Of a stretch of DNA of 64,000 nucleotides, positions 24,695 through 38,600 are shown piece by piece. Position 1 is the first letter of the stretch; the number at the start of each line of letters is the position of its first letter. The position numbers and the translations under genes were made by a program. Source of the stretch: Marsupella aquatica (Eukaryota > Plantae > Marchantiophyta); the NCBI GenBank assembly GCA_973895155.1, contig OZ316892.1, positions 30,869,802 to 30,933,801 on the forward strand. The letters run 5' to 3'. The notes below the pieces were generated by a model. That model made no database searches and had not been told where the DNA came from. It worked only from the letters and a program-made list of their open reading frames with translations.

Positions 24695-27600
24695 ATGCCC
24701 CTTACCCGGTCACGTTCTGCGTATTTACAACAACCGGACGGAGCATCAAGGTTGGAAGAGAATACCGCGTCCGGCGAAGCGGGGAGCTCGGCTTCCCAAG
24801 CAGGATCGCGTGTTGTGATGGGTACCCAAGCACCAATCGCGGGAGGAACTCCACCGGTTCCACCAGCCCCGCAGGTACCAGATGCGTTGCGGCCGCCTGC
24901 GGCTCAAAACGTGTCGCAACGATCCCGGTTTCACTATCGACCCTTTAAGGGACGACCCACAGACGACCCTGATGAATGGATAGCTAAGTTCGAGGCCACG
25001 GCCAAGGCAAATGGTGAGGAAGCCATTAAGCTAACCATTCTTCCAGGCATACTACGAGGAGAAGCGCGCCCGTGGTATAACTTACAACCCCCGGGTTGTA
25101 CATGGGGCCAGTTCCAAACGGCGTTCTTGCAAGAATTTCGGCCCGTCGGGATCGAATCTCGGACCCTGTCAAAAATCGGGTGAATGCAAATGGGTAAGCA
25201 TGACTCACTTCGCAAATTTCTGCAGCGGTTCCAGAAGGTTGCCGCCAAGATTCGGCCTAAGCCAGATGACTCTATGCTGAGGAAATGGTTCGTCAACGCG
25301 CTACCCCAGAGGATGGCGTTCTCGGTGCTAGAAAAGAAGACCACCACTCTACAACAAGCAATTGATAGTGCCGAATCCTTCAGGGTATCGCACTACGCCT
25401 CTCAGCTTAATAGGAGGACCAAGCATAAGAAGAGCAGGAGGTATCATACCTTCAGCGACTCCAACTCTGAGTACGACGAGAAGAAAAGGAAGAAGAAACG
25501 ACGACATAAGAAGAAGGGCCGGACCAGCTCTTCGTCAGACTCTGATTCAGAGTCTAGTGATTCCCTGTCCAGTAGCCCGACGTCAACTGGCTCATCCTCC
25601 AGCGAGACCGAGTCAGAGTCTTGAAACCACAGAAGAAAGAAGGGATCACGGTCAGATACAGGTAAACATAAACCGCGAGCCAAAGTCGTCACCGCGGACC
25701 CAAAGGCTGCTGAGGTAGAGAAGTTGAACAAAATCACAGACCGGCTGAAGGCACTATCGGTGCACTTGGTGGAAAAACCTCCGGACAAGAAGAAACCACC
25801 GGAAATCCGAGCGCATGCTTGGTGCTCCAAGTGTTATCAGTCGGGACATGTGGTGCAAGAATGTCCAAGATGGAACACTCGCGTGCACCAGATGGAGTTG
25901 GAGCCCGGACAGTCCGAGCCAAAGGGATGCACGATGGAGTACTTCTTCGAGGATCCAGGTGAGGCGGTGTTCCAGATGAGTATGACGGGACCTCGCACCC
26001 TAAGCGGCCACAATCCAGGGTTCCATACCCCTTATCCGTATCCGGTGAATGGGCGTGGCCCCCAGATGGTGAGCAATCCAAGTATCCCACCTAAACCCGG
26101 AGTTTGGCGGACCCCGGTTTGCTATAATTGCGAGAAACCTGGTCACTTTGCCCGAGAGTGCACGGAGCAAAGGAAGCAAGGGGATGGGAGAGCGCTTCCA
26201 TTGTGCCAGGTCTGTCGAACCGAAGCACATTCCACGTCAAACTGCCCCTTGGTGCTAGCCGCGAAGGCCGGCGCCGTCAGAGCTGCTCAACCTGCGGCCC
26301 CACCAATTACGGATGCAGTAGTACAAATGGTAACAATGGAATGGCAGGACGACTCCACCAAATGGATCAATCTCATAGAGGCAGTCGAGCAAACAGGAAC
26401 GCACGCAGACGACGAGTGCTATCGCGTTTCTACCCGATCATCCCGCAAGAAGGATAAGTACAAAGAACGAGATCGGAAGGATGCCCAGCAGAAAGAGGCG
26501 ATCGCAGATAAGAATAGTCCAATGGAACCAGACGAGCTAGAAGACTACCAGCGGGATAACCCGAAGTTATTCTACCCACGAGTAGAGGAACTGGTCAAAA
26601 AGCAATTGGAAGCCTACGAAGCCCAAGAGCACGAGAAAGCCATTAAGAAGGATATTGTCGATGCTAAGGCGGCCGAAGAAGCCAAGGAAGCTGAGACTGC
26701 CTTGCAAACTGAAGTCAAGGGAGCAGAAGCAGTAAAATCTGCGACCCCACCGTCTAACCAATACGACATCAAAAAGGATGTTCAGAACTGTGCAGCCACA
26801 GCCACTGTCGGACAACTATTGTAGGATAACCCGAAGTATCGGCAACAACTCAAAGAGATGCTGATAGGAAAGAGGAGGCGATGGCTACCTCCGGTAAGCA
26901 CCTTAGCCGACTGTATGATGATTTACCAGGACTTAGGAGCGCCGGAAGTCTCTATCGAGATAGCGGGCTGTACTGTTCGGTTTGTACCGATAGACGGCGG
27001 GTCCGGTGTAAACATCATGACAGAGGACACTTCCGTAAGGTTGGGATATACATCTTATCAACCCACGGCGCGCGCCATTTGGTTAGCAAACGGCGCCAGG
27101 ATCATGCCACTAGGGACGTTAACCAAGATATCCACGTGGATTGGAGGCCTCGAGTTCTTTCTAAATTACCTGGTGATGCGACCAGTCCGACCCTCTTCTT
27201 ATCCAGTACTGCTGGGCAAACCCTGGTTATACGGTGCCCGAGTCGTTACCGACTGGGGAAGGAAGGAATTACGATTCGGTAACCCGACTACGACGGTGTC
27301 CTGGAAGGAAGAAGACTACCAGGGCGAAACGCCCCAGGGACCCGAAGAATATGACTCGGAGGAGGACATCTCAGAAGAAGAGGTGAATATGGTGGAGTTA
27401 ATCTCTCGCCTGGATGAAGAGGAAGTCTTCGGGGTAAATGCCGTCCGAGAAGCCCATATTCTGAACCAGCCCAGACCAGCGGCCCAAATCAAAGCACCCG
27501 GGAAACCAGAAGGAGATGATGCGGCAACGGGCGGAGCATTCCCCAGCAGGGTGAGCTCTACGAAGGTAGTTGGCCGGCTGGCCTTACCCGGTATACCCGA

Positions 27601-28182
27601 GGAAAATGCTACTCAGACCGTCACTCCTCCCGCAAAGAAAAAGGTTACCTGGAGCCCCGAGATTCTGTCTGTAATAGAGGAACCCAAGGAACTCCCAAAG
27701 GAGCAGCCGACAGTCTGGGAACCTGTGGCCTACGATGGCACCAGACTAGAGGAATTGGAAGCTCACCTTGACCGGGCCACCAAAGACCATGTGGAGGTAA
27801 TCCGCAAGGAATACTATGGCAGGTACACCACCAAGAGGGAGAGAACATTCAACGTCGGTTATGGCCTACGAGCGCCAGAGGAAAAGGCCATCCAAGAACT
27901 CCTATCGGAATATGAGGACGTCTTCGCATGGAGTCATCGAGACTTAACCGGGATTTCATCGGCCTATGGCGAACACGTCATCGATCTAAACTTGGGTGCT
28001 CATGCCGTCCGAGAAAGGCAACGAAGACTAAACCCAAGACATTCCGTCTTGGTAAAGGAGGAGTTGGATCAACTGATCGTGGCGGACATCATCTATCCCG
28101 TCTTATCTAGCGAATGGGTGTCCCCCATTGTGGTGGTTCCTAAGAAGGTAGGGCCTGATGGTAAACCTAAAATTCGAATATG
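24695..28182 (+). pseudogene. Family-C gag-pol N-terminal part (in-frame stops at ~25181, ~25622, ~26822)
   Basis: Gag FKGRPTDDPDEWIAKFE, Lys/Ser-rich spacer, three Zn knuckles, aspartic protease, RT N-terminus. Confidence 0.92.
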
Positions 28183-29379
28183 TGTAGTTTGCTATGAAGA
28201 ACCAAAAACAATTTAAAGGTCTTCAAACTCGGTATTCGTTCCCATAAAGAACAAGATGGGGTTGATTTGATACATAAAAACACAAATGAGAGTTTAAGAA
28301 CTCTCTTTAACACATAGTAATCAGAATTGATTACTTTACTAAGGTATTTTGAAGATCGCTCCCCAGCGGTGAGTGGTTTTCAATGACAACTCAGCATCAT
28401 GTAACCATAAAGTAATGAAAAGGAAATGATTAACAAAACACAAGGAAAAATATCTCAAAGTATGCTAAGGGAGTCTGGAATAGACCAAGGTTACTCCTTA
28501 GACATAAGTCAAAATGAAAAGACTTAAGGTTTCAAATCCATATTGTTTTTCAGATCTAAATTGCTTACTAGAGTACCTTTTAAAATGCCGTCAACATGTC
28601 TTATCCTTTCTTTCTAAGTGGTACTCAGATAAGATCTAAAAGGTAGTTACTTCAACATTTAGATGGTACTAAGCAACATGAAAGAAAATCCATCACTTTC
28701 AAATAAGACTTAAACTCAGTGAGTTAACTCCAAGAACTCAGGAGATTGTAATGAGTCACCCAAAGAGGAATCTGTCATCACAACTCAAAAGATTTACACA
28801 ACTGGAATTTTACTTCCCATGATTTATTCAAAGGATTAAATCACAAGAAGGAGGAAAGTCTTCTCCTGGTGTCAAGCTTGATCTCGAACTCTTAACATTC
28901 ATGATCAACTGGCAGAACACCAAGGAAAGGCAAAAATTGCTAAACTTTACCATCATCTACACTAGTGGTAGAGGGGTCTTATAGTAAAAATCTACTGAGT
29001 GAGAGGTCACAGGGTCGAAGAGACATGCCTCTTCATACCCCTCAAAATTTTAAAATGGCGATTCAGTAAGTGAAAAGCCGGAAAAATGGCTAAGTATGAA
29101 CTCGTAACTAGTAAACTATTAACTCGTAATCGGAAACTAGTAACTCTTAAACTAGTAAAAGCTAAGTCGTAACTCGTAATCGCGGTAAAGTAAAGACTTG
29201 ATGAATTCAACTATTTTTAACTTCCTAACTATAAGTCAGAAAACTCTGAGATTTTGCCAGGAGGTTTTCCTAGGTACAGACTATACACTAAAGAAGTATG
29301 ACAGCTTCCAAAGCTCTAGAATGCATTTCTAAAAAATCAGATAAGATGTACTACTCTAAAAACTAACTAAAAGACTTCT

Positions 29380-31812
29380 TCAAGCTTGCTGTCGGATGTC
29401 GTCGGGTTCCAGCAACTCCACAAGGGTAACAATTCGGTTCTGAGTAACCTCCATCAGTTCAGCTTGGCGTGGGGATCCTCTGGAGTATGGTAGGCACCTC
29501 AGTTGTCTCTCAGGGTACATCAAAGGCATTCTCTTCATCAAATAACATGAATCAATACGAAGGGCTTCTCTGTATATCCCGATCACATCATAGTTGTTGC
29601 AGGTAGCAGCATATACTTGGGGATAATGGTACAGGAACTCATCACTACTCATCATCCTGGAATAGAAGGGTCGAAGTCTCCATCTGACATCTCTGAAGTA
29701 TCGGTTGAATTCAGCTAGAGTCTGAGAAGTGACATTATTCCAGATCCTCTGTTTCTCAGCCAATGTACTGGTTGAAACAAGGGTAACCTTAGGTCCTTGT
29801 GGTATGTAATCGTGTTGTAGAGTAGTAGACTTCTTGCTCTGCATCAGGAAGGAAACCACAAAATCCAAGGCATAGGCTGCAAAGTTTCCAAAGTATGCCA
29901 GAACTAAGTCTGAATCCTCTACCTCTACATCACCTTGGAGTAGCATCATAGCAAGAATAGGCCGAAAGTATATTGAGTCAATCCAGAACTCATCAAATTG
30001 TGCCATTTCCACTCTAGAAGTACCAAGACACCTAAGATCGAAGATGTAGCTTGCCTCAGTCTTCTTTAGATAGTAGTATCTCCAGAACTCTCTAACCGGT
30101 GGTCTGTTGGCCTGCATTATTTTGCAAGTGGTGGCATACCTGTGTACTTCTGACTCAGGACGTCTAGGGTACCTGCTTTCGATAGTAGCATTCCGAGGTG
30201 TTTGAGTAGATGAAGTGACAATTGCTACTAAGTCTGGATTGGATCTTAAGGCAGTATCAACATCTTCAAATCCCTGCCTTGGGGATGACTCAAGAGAATT
30301 ATCATAAGATCTCTAAGTTTCACCATTTGAGGGTGGATCAGAGTCTTCAGGTAGATCTTTTCTGTCAAAAGGGTGCTCATATTGTGACCGATTGTAGGTG
30401 GGTCCTTCTGTGGGTTCGTAGTTGGAATCAGGGCTGTAAGGTTGCGAACCTGGGCTAGGAGTAGGACTAGCAGTTGGACATTGTTGGATTAAGTTGCGGA
30501 CCACAGATGCCATCTGTCAAGGTTCACACTGTAGTAGTTCTAACAAGTCATCCACAATGGCCACACAGCTGATACTATCTGTTACTGGAATAGGCTCACT
30601 TGTTTCTAGGGGAGGGGGGTGTACAGTGACAGGAGTACAGATCACAAATTCCATTGGTGCTAGTTCTCTTGGGGGAGAGGTCATTCTGACAGGACTTAGC
30701 TGATCATGAAATGGTGATCCCAAACTAACAGCCTCCATTCTCAAATTATTAACAGCATCATATAGTCCATCATCACTGCAACTGAGGAGAGATGTCAACT
30801 TATCAATAAGCTGCTGATTCGACTCTGCCTTCAAAGGAGTGGAGGAGTTGGTCCTTAGGTTGACAGTTGCAAGAGCCAGTTCAGCAACGTTGGCTGATTG
30901 CTCAGGAGAATCTCTGTCTTCTCCAGCTCCAGGTTGATCTCTCATATTAACTCTTGGTGAATACACCACGTTATGCAGAGGGTGTCGAACCAGCTCTAAG
31001 TTATGAGCAGGTGTCCTATCTAATTCCATCTCAGCATCCACATTCTGATCATGAGAATCCAGGGGAACAGCATCCACTGGTTCTTCCATACTTAGGTCTT
31101 CTTCAATGCCTAACTCAATCAGGAGCAGCCCTCTTTCCGTTTTCTCCTCTGGATATAAACAATCATAAGCATGATAGAGTTGAGACAAATAAATCTGCAG
31201 ACGAGTGGGTCTACCTGCCTTCATGGTCCTCACCTGATCCTTCATCACATTGAAAATTAGTAGGGCCCAATTCACCTAGACAGATCCACTGTGTGCGGCT
31301 ACAATTGTATTCACCAAAGCCACTGGACAGATGGTTGGCTTCTTCGGGTGTAGAATGGGTACTAGAAATTCCAGAAGCACTCTCAAATCTGGATAAATAC
31401 ACTGTGTTAAATTCCAGCCATTGGTGAGATTGCGAGTCCCAGAGAAGTAAGGTGTAGATAAATCTTTCTTCTTCGAATACAATCCTTCTCCTTCTGAAGG
31501 GCAGCGGAAGGCATAAGCAATTTGTTCCACAGTCCATAAGCTGGGTCGAGCTCGAATAGTCTGTCGAAATTCAGGAGCAAGCACTGACCCCTTTACAAAA
31601 TCCTGCAAATATGTGTCGAGCTCTACTTCCCAAGGAACGGCAAGTAGATGCTGCAAACCTAGCTGCTGTAAGGAAGTCCGTAAATTTGCATAGCTATTGG
31701 GTGCTGGTGGAATTTGGGCGACTATGCTCTTAGGAATTGCCAGAGTGTCAACTCGGTACTGTTCATCAATGCCGAGGTTTGCCATAGCTCTCATCCGATA
31801 TGTTGAGTGCAC
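29380..31812 (-). pseudogene. Family-B LTR-encoded protein (~810 codons; three in-frame stops)
   Basis: ORFs 31276..31812, 30517..31275, 30313..30513 and 29380..30117 are all in one frame, and 30118-30312 is open. The N-terminal domain aligns with the A and C proteins. Confidence 0.85.
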
Positions 31813-31984
31813 TAAGGAGTGGGGAAGCTGGTAGAATCAACAGAGGTGGCAGGAATTAAGTTAGGAGTGAGCGCTCGAAGTCTAATTTGCCTTTTCTTCA
31901 ATTCGCGTTCGCCATCCCGTTGCTAAGTCCCGTTGGAAGTAGCCGTAAGACGTCGCGATCATCGGTCGCCAACTCATAAAGCCC

Positions 31985-32110
31985 TAACTAGTAAGTCGTA
32001 ACTAGTATACTCGTAACTAGTATACTGTCGCAACCCCATAACTCGTAACTCGTAACTCGTAACTCGTAACTAGTAACTCGTAACTAGTAACTGGAGTTTA
32101 CTCGTAAACT
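31985..32110. repeat. ACTCGTA/ACTAGTA heptamer tandem array in the family-B LTR
   Basis: 4 perfect ACTCGTA copies at 32041-32068 plus variants; related clusters at ~29098-29182 and ~42545-42657. Confidence 0.9.
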
Positions 32111-32248
32111 TACTTTAAACTTGGGAACCGTAACTTGTAGACAGAATGCTATCTCCGTTTTGTTATCAACAATTAGAGGTTAAACCCCATAAAAAATTTA
32201 AAAATTTTCAGTTTCTTCATGATTTTGGAAATACCCACTACTTACATA

Positions 32249-32260
32249 GCCCTCTCCTCA
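32249..32260 (-). promoter_or_regulatory. Polypurine tract of the family-B element
   Basis: Minus strand TGAGGAGAGGGC-TA-TGTAAG, within ~30 bp of the integrase stop codon. Confidence 0.8.
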
Positions 32261-32275
32261 AACGGCGCCGTGCCC

Positions 32276-35200
32276 TCACAAGCCTTTGGAATGCGGTAAA
32301 TAATATTTCTTCACCCTGAAACCATTAATGCGTGTTGCTAGGGGTTCTCCATCCAAGGTTTCCAAAGATAAGGATCCATTTGGCCATATAGTAACAACTT
32401 TGTAAGGGCCGATCCAGTGAGTGTGCAGCTTCCCAGGGAAAAACATATACCTAGAGTCATACACAAGAGCCAAATCTCCTGGCTGTAGTGTCGGTATTTT
32501 TAACTTCTTATCATAGGACATCTTTCGTTTATCCTGCTGTTGAATGGTATGTTGTAAAGCTAGAAGTCTATGTTCTTCTAATTCATCCAGAATTTCCAAC
32601 CTAGTGTGGAAACTATCAAGTTCAGGAACCCTCTCAGAGATCAGAATCCGTTCAGTAGGTAGTTCAAATTCAATGGGGGTAACACTATGCATACCAAAAG
32701 TTAAGTAGAATGGGGTTCGCAAGGTAGTAATCTTTTCTGCGGTTCTGTAAGCCCATAAAGCAGAGTGGAGTTTGATGTCCCAATCCGTTTTATGTGCTTC
32801 CACCATTTTATTCAATATTTTTCCCATTAACCCATTAGCTCTTTCAGTCAATCCGTTAGCTCGGGGGTTATAAGGGGTGGTCTTTCGATGCTTACTCAAA
32901 TATTTCTCCGTAATGAACTCAATTGTCTCATTAAGGAAGTGCAGGCCTCGATCACTTACCAATTCCAAGGGGCAGCCATACCTGGTAATAATGTTTTCAA
33001 ATAAGAAATTGGCGGCTGTGGCAGCGTCATTCTTCCTAGTATGCTTAGCCTCCACCCATTTGGTGAGGTAGTCTGTAGCAAGAATGATATATCTGCTTCT
33101 ACTTCGTCTAGCAGCAGGGGAAATGGGGCCAATAAAGTCTATTCCCCATTTTTCAAACGGAGATAGAGGCAAAATGGGAGTTAGAGGCCATTTTGATGTT
33201 GCAGTAGGCTTCCCTATTTGCTAACAAGGGTCACAGCTTTGAATGTAGTTATAAGTGTCCTTGTGCATGGTAGGCCACCAAAATCCAGCATCCTTAATTT
33301 TCTTAACCGTTGTATTAACGGCATAGTGTCCACCTGAAGCTTCAGTGTGTAAGGCTGAGATGACCTTTGGAACTTCTTGAGCTTCCAAGCAACGGTGAAG
33401 CCTCTGATTTGGCAATAATTTAAATAAAACACCCCTCACAATAGTATACAGTCCGACTTTGTATAGGAAAACAGCTTTTTCTTCTGCATTCAAGCCTGGT
33501 GGATAAAGTCCATGAGTGAGCATCTGAACAATGTCAAAGTACCGTGAGTCTTCTCCCTCCAAATGCCATAGCTGCTCGTCTGGAAATTGATCAGACAAAG
33601 GTTCAACACTAGGATCTCCAGGAAGTCGGGATAGGAAGTCTGCATTCTCATGGTGTTTCCCGGCTCGAACCTGTACCTCATAATCATATTCTTGTAAAAG
33701 AAGGACCCACCTAGCAATGCGCCCACTTAAATCTGCCTGATTCACTAGGTATTTCAAAGAAGAATGATCCGTGTGAAAAATGGTTTTATAACCCAAAAGA
33801 TAGTGCCGGAACTTTTTACAAGAGAAAATGACTGCTAAGGCCTCCCTCTCTGTGACCGTATAATTTTTTTCAGCATTATTCATTTGCCTACTGGCGTAAT
33901 ATATAGGGTGATCTTTCTTCTCATCATCCAGTTGACTTAAGGTAGCTCCCACACAAAAAGCTGAAGCATCAATATATACATGAAAAGGTTTCTGCCAATC
34001 CGGCGGTTGTAGAATGGGCGCAAGAGTTAGCTTGTTTTTTAAAACCTCAAAGGCTGTTTGCCTGTCTGCAGTCCACACATATTCCGTGTCCTTCTTGAGG
34101 AGCTTAGTTAAGGGCATGGCAAGGTCAGCATACTTCCGGATAAATCGTCTATAATACCCCACATAGCCTAGGAAGCCTCGCAACTCCTTCAAATTTCCAG
34201 GGGGGTGTAATGCCAGAATAATCCGAACTTTCTCCGCATCCACTTCGATTCCTCTTTGTGAGATAACATGTCCTAGCAGAATACCTTCCTTCATACCGAT
34301 GAAACATTTCTCAGGATGTAAGCATAATTGCGACTCCCGGCATCTTTGAAACGTCAGTTGCAAATGGTTAAGGTGTCTCAAGGCCGCTCCATATACACAA
34401 AAGTCATCAATGAAAATCTCTAAAAATTTTCTGAGGAAATCCTGAAAGATGATCATCATGATTCTTTGAAATGTACCAGGGGCATTGCACAGACCAAAGG
34501 GCATAACACGAAAAGCATAGGTACCCCAATCCGTGGTAAAGGTAGTCTTGTCACGATCTTCCTCTCTGATTGACACCTGGTTATAGCCAGAGTATCCATC
34601 CAAGAAACTATATAATTCATGAGAAGCAACTAAATCAAGGACTAAATCTATAAAAGGTAGAGGGTAATGATCTTTTCTGGTGGCTGCATTAAGTTTCCGA
34701 AAATCTTGACACACCCTTATCTTAGGCTTCCCATCCGGTCCAGGTTTCTTAGGAACAATGACGATAGGTGAGACCCAATCACTACTAAGCACAGGATAAA
34801 TAAATCCCGCTTCTGTTAATTTGTCCAGCTCTTCTTTAACCAACATAGAGTATTTAGGATTTAGGCGGTATTGCCTCTGTCTTACTGGTACAGCTCCTTC
34901 TATCAAGTCAATTCGGTGTTCACCCAGATGGGGTGGTATTCCTTTAAGATCCTTGTGACTCCACGCAAAAACATCCTTGTATTGAGTCAACAGGTCAACA
35001 TACTTCTCTCTTAACTCACCTGTAATATGGTTACTAATGTTTAGAAACTTCCCTGGCTCTATTTCAATCTTCTGACATTTTCGAGGATCTACAATACCGT
35101 CGGTGTTGTCTGAAAATTCAGCCTCCCAGGGTGGCTCTTTGTCATTTTCAGGGTTATCTTCTCTGATAGATTCCCCTTCAATGGCCTCGCGTCAGGAAGT

Positions 35201-35643
35201 GTTATTAGTATCTTCCTCTTTGATTGGGTCCTCTTCTGTCTCAAAAATATCCAAATAACCTACTTCTAAGGAATTAAAATCACGAGCTCTAATAATAAAA
35301 GTAGAGTCTGAAAAATCAGAAGTATAGCCATCGTCAGATTGAGTTTCTCCCAAATGAGGTTCATCTGTCCAACTTATAGTGACTCTTGGTTTTCCAAAGG
35401 ACATCCGACGATGTTCCCAATCAACCTTGACTTTGGCTTTATACAACCAGGGTCTTCCTAAGAGTAAAGGAAAAGTAGAAGACACTTCCGGTCGAAGGAC
35501 CACAAAATCTAAAAGAAATGTTAGACCTCCAATAATAGTAGCAACACCAATAAGTTTCCCTACTGGTACAACTCTTGACTGGTCAGCCATTCTTAGGATT
35601 TGTAAGGTCTTTTCAAATGTAGTCAATCCAAGATTGAAAGCGG
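32276..35643 (-). pseudogene. Family-B pol: protease C-terminal half, RT, RNase H, integrase (in-frame stops at 35192 and 33221)
   Basis: LLLGRPWL; LDGYSGYNQ, MPFGLCNAP, FIDD; DAS/TDH; WGIDFIGP, SDRG, NGLTER, GPY. Confidence 0.95.
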
Positions 35644-38600
35644 TGTGACACGGGTAACGTGTCACTTGACCGAACCCAGGTCGTAGATTAGGACTTATAC
35701 GGTCATTAGGACCGTAGCCATGGCGTAGAATAGCACGTATAGCCGTCAAGTTGCCATTATGATTAGATTAGGAGTAGGTTAAGATAACCGAATAATTACG
35801 AGTTCAGGAAAGGGATTATTACGCACGACCGAGGTACGATGGCGGCAGCAAAGTAAAAATCAGTTAGAAGAATCACGCTTGGACCGAGGCGCCGACTTCA
35901 GCTCGTTATCAATGACCAAACGGCCTGACCTTCTCACGCTCGGGCTCGTCCTGGCACCCCCATAAGAGAGGAGCCGATGGCACTACGGGCCATTCGCTCA
36001 TGTTTACCTTTTTGGAATTCACGGACGCTGCCATCCGCTCGCCTTTTTGATTGAATCCAGTCAACCTTTACGAGGAAATTATCAAGGGAGAAGAGCGGAA
36101 TGTGGCAAGATTTAGTCAGGACGAGCGAGGCCTCCGCAAAAAAGGACCAGCCAAGTGGGAACGCGGACGCAACGAACCGGACTACGAGGTTAGTATGACC
36201 CTCACAGCCTTGGGATTTTGGACCTTGTTTGGCGAGGTAGGTGCTAAGTTCTCCGAGACTTACTGGTACTCTTGCCCCGAGAAAGCCGCTTACGAACGAA
36301 GGTACACAAAGCTGGTAACCAAGGTAGCACTGGTTAATTGCGAAAGGACAGCCATCACCAGGGATTCTAGCTACAACGAGCTGCGAGACTACATCACCGA
36401 ACTATATCTCAGCGAGGAAGGGCTTAGATCGGGAGCAGAGGCGATTCTTGAGGTTCCAGCTAAGTTCTTTAAGCTGAAGGACAACCAGCGGCTTACTCAA
36501 GCGGAGTTCGACAAGATTTCGGGGTACCTAGACCAGCAGATCGCAGCCAAAAAGCGCCAAGAAGACATCAGCAGACAACGGGAAGCGGCGCGTAATCTCA
36601 CGTTCCTCGGGGAAAGCTCCAACGCCTTCAACTGGGATATGGCTACCCCAGTGCCTCAACCAATGACCACCGGAGTACCACCGAACCAGTCCCAAGTCCG
36701 TCCAGTAATCAACACGGAGTGTTCTTTGGGTTCCGAGCGAGCTAGTCCGCAACTCGAACAGCGTCCTCGTAAGCGGTCAAGGACTATGACGGCCCCCGAA
36801 TCAACACGGACCGACGCCGCGCCTGCACCTGCCCCGAAAAACCCCCCGACCAACCAGACCCGACGGCCCTCGGATAACCCGAAGTCCAACTTATTACAGG
36901 TAATCCGCGTCCCCAAGGTAGTCTGGATCGCGATCAAGAAACTTGAACATGCGGACTATCTCAAGGAGCATCAGTTGGAGCGGTTCGCCCACTTACTATG
37001 GAGGCCGTGCGCCGCCGGGCCGAAGGAGATTTGTGAGTTCATCTCCAATTTTGACACTGATGCGTCGACCACCAAGGTTTCGGGGCAGACCTTATCACTC
37101 ACGGAGCATCGGTTAACGCAAATTTTCTGCCTACCAACCGGGCCGGTGCCGGTGGAAATCTGAATTCGGGATAAGGAGTATACGCCGCGGTACTTCAAAC
37201 CCGAGGGTAAGACGGACAACGGATACAAGCAGGGGGCGTGCACCAACTTAACCTGTATGGAGCGGCTTAACTTCATACGGACTACCCTATACATGATTGA
37301 GCCACGATCCGAGATTTCCCTATGCACGATCGTGCAGGTGGAATAGTACAAACGACGAAACTGGGCCCAATTCTTCTACCGAAGATTCTCGGGGGAGCTG
37401 AAGCGGGCTCAGGGTGGTATGGCTATTGGAGGGAAGACTTACTTGGGAAGTCATATCGCCATTATCCTCGCCTGGTACAAGGCACGGCGGGAGGCCAGAG
37501 GAAAGAATACGGCCACCTCAGCCCCGGGTAATGTCACCCCCGCCCCAGAGGAGGCAACCCCGACTACGCGGACTACCGTCCCTCGGACAAACCCCGAGCC
37601 GGAAGCCCCGACTAATACTCCGCAACCGCCCCCTGTGGAAATTCCACCGCCTCCTTCCGTTGAGCTTCCGCTACCTGTAGTACAACCACCCCCAATCCCT
37701 CCACCACCTGAAGAAACCTTCCCCTCCCCAGCGCTGACTACGGAGGAGCTCATTGCCCCTGCCGAGGAACCACCGGTACCCGAGAGGATGGAGGACTACC
37801 AAGTAGCCCCGGGGACCATGGCCTACAACCTGGTCTAGAAGTTTAGCCAGACTATGTCTGGGGAGCTGGCGACATACATCGGACAACAAGTCTCGGCATA
37901 CTTTCAGCCAGCCTTCTTCATGTTAGAGCACCAACCACGGATCGTCAGCCGCTTGGAAGAAGAACTCATGGCGAAGGGGAATGAGATCGGGCGTCTCCAG
38001 ATGCTGGTAGAGCATCTCGAGGAGGAGGCAACGACCCGCCGCAAGGATTTAGTCCGCACTGTCGAACAGAGGGACGGACTAACCCAGGAGTTAAGCGGAG
38101 CGCAGGCCGAACTCAAGAAGCTGGACGACACCGTGCTTCAATTATGCTCAGAATCTTCGGCTCGGGTTACCAGCTTGACCGACCTCAACAAACAATTCCT
38201 GCAGGCAGCACAGCAGGTGGCTCGTCTCTCCGCTGAACGAGATAAATTGCTAGCGCAGGACCAGGTCCATCGCGACGCCATCGACCAGCTCAACTTGGAG
38301 GTGGCGCGGCTCCAGACTGAAGCCGATGAAGCTGCAAACGAGGCGGAGGAAGCATTACGGGACAACAAGGCTTTGCAGGACCGCATCACCCTGCTCGTCC
38401 TCCAGCGGGGAAAACCTGGGCCCACCTCTGATCAAGGCGGCTCGAGGTCTCGCCTCGACAAGGGGACCAGCCCTGGTCCAACCACTGCACACACGTAAGG
38501 GGTGGTTAGCGAAGGGTAGAAGCAGGCGCCGCATGAGGCGGTTAAGTCAGCGGCATCTTTTGGTTAGGCGTAACGACAGAATGACTGTCATTAGGCGCCG

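Larger units (their letters stand above)
20741..28182 (+). mobile_element. Ty3/Gypsy family C (non-chromovirus, OTA/Tat-like): 5' LTR, PBS, gag, protease, start of RT; cut by the family-B insertion
   Basis: LTR 20741-24580, PBS-like 24598-24615, gag with 3 CCHC motifs, protease PIDGGSGVNIM, RT start EYEDVFAWS..SEWVSPIVVVPKK..IRIC. Confidence 0.92.
28183..32246 (-). repeat. Family-B 3' LTR (~4064 bp) containing a large sense ORF
   Basis: On the minus strand it begins TGTAAG right after the PPT and ends CTACA at the junction with family-C RT. Its 5' partner is not in the window. Confidence 0.78.

Noticed and set aside
32041-32095. CRISPR array or telomeric repeat
   Set aside because: 7-bp tandem units without spacers, not TTTAGGG, in a eukaryotic LTR context.
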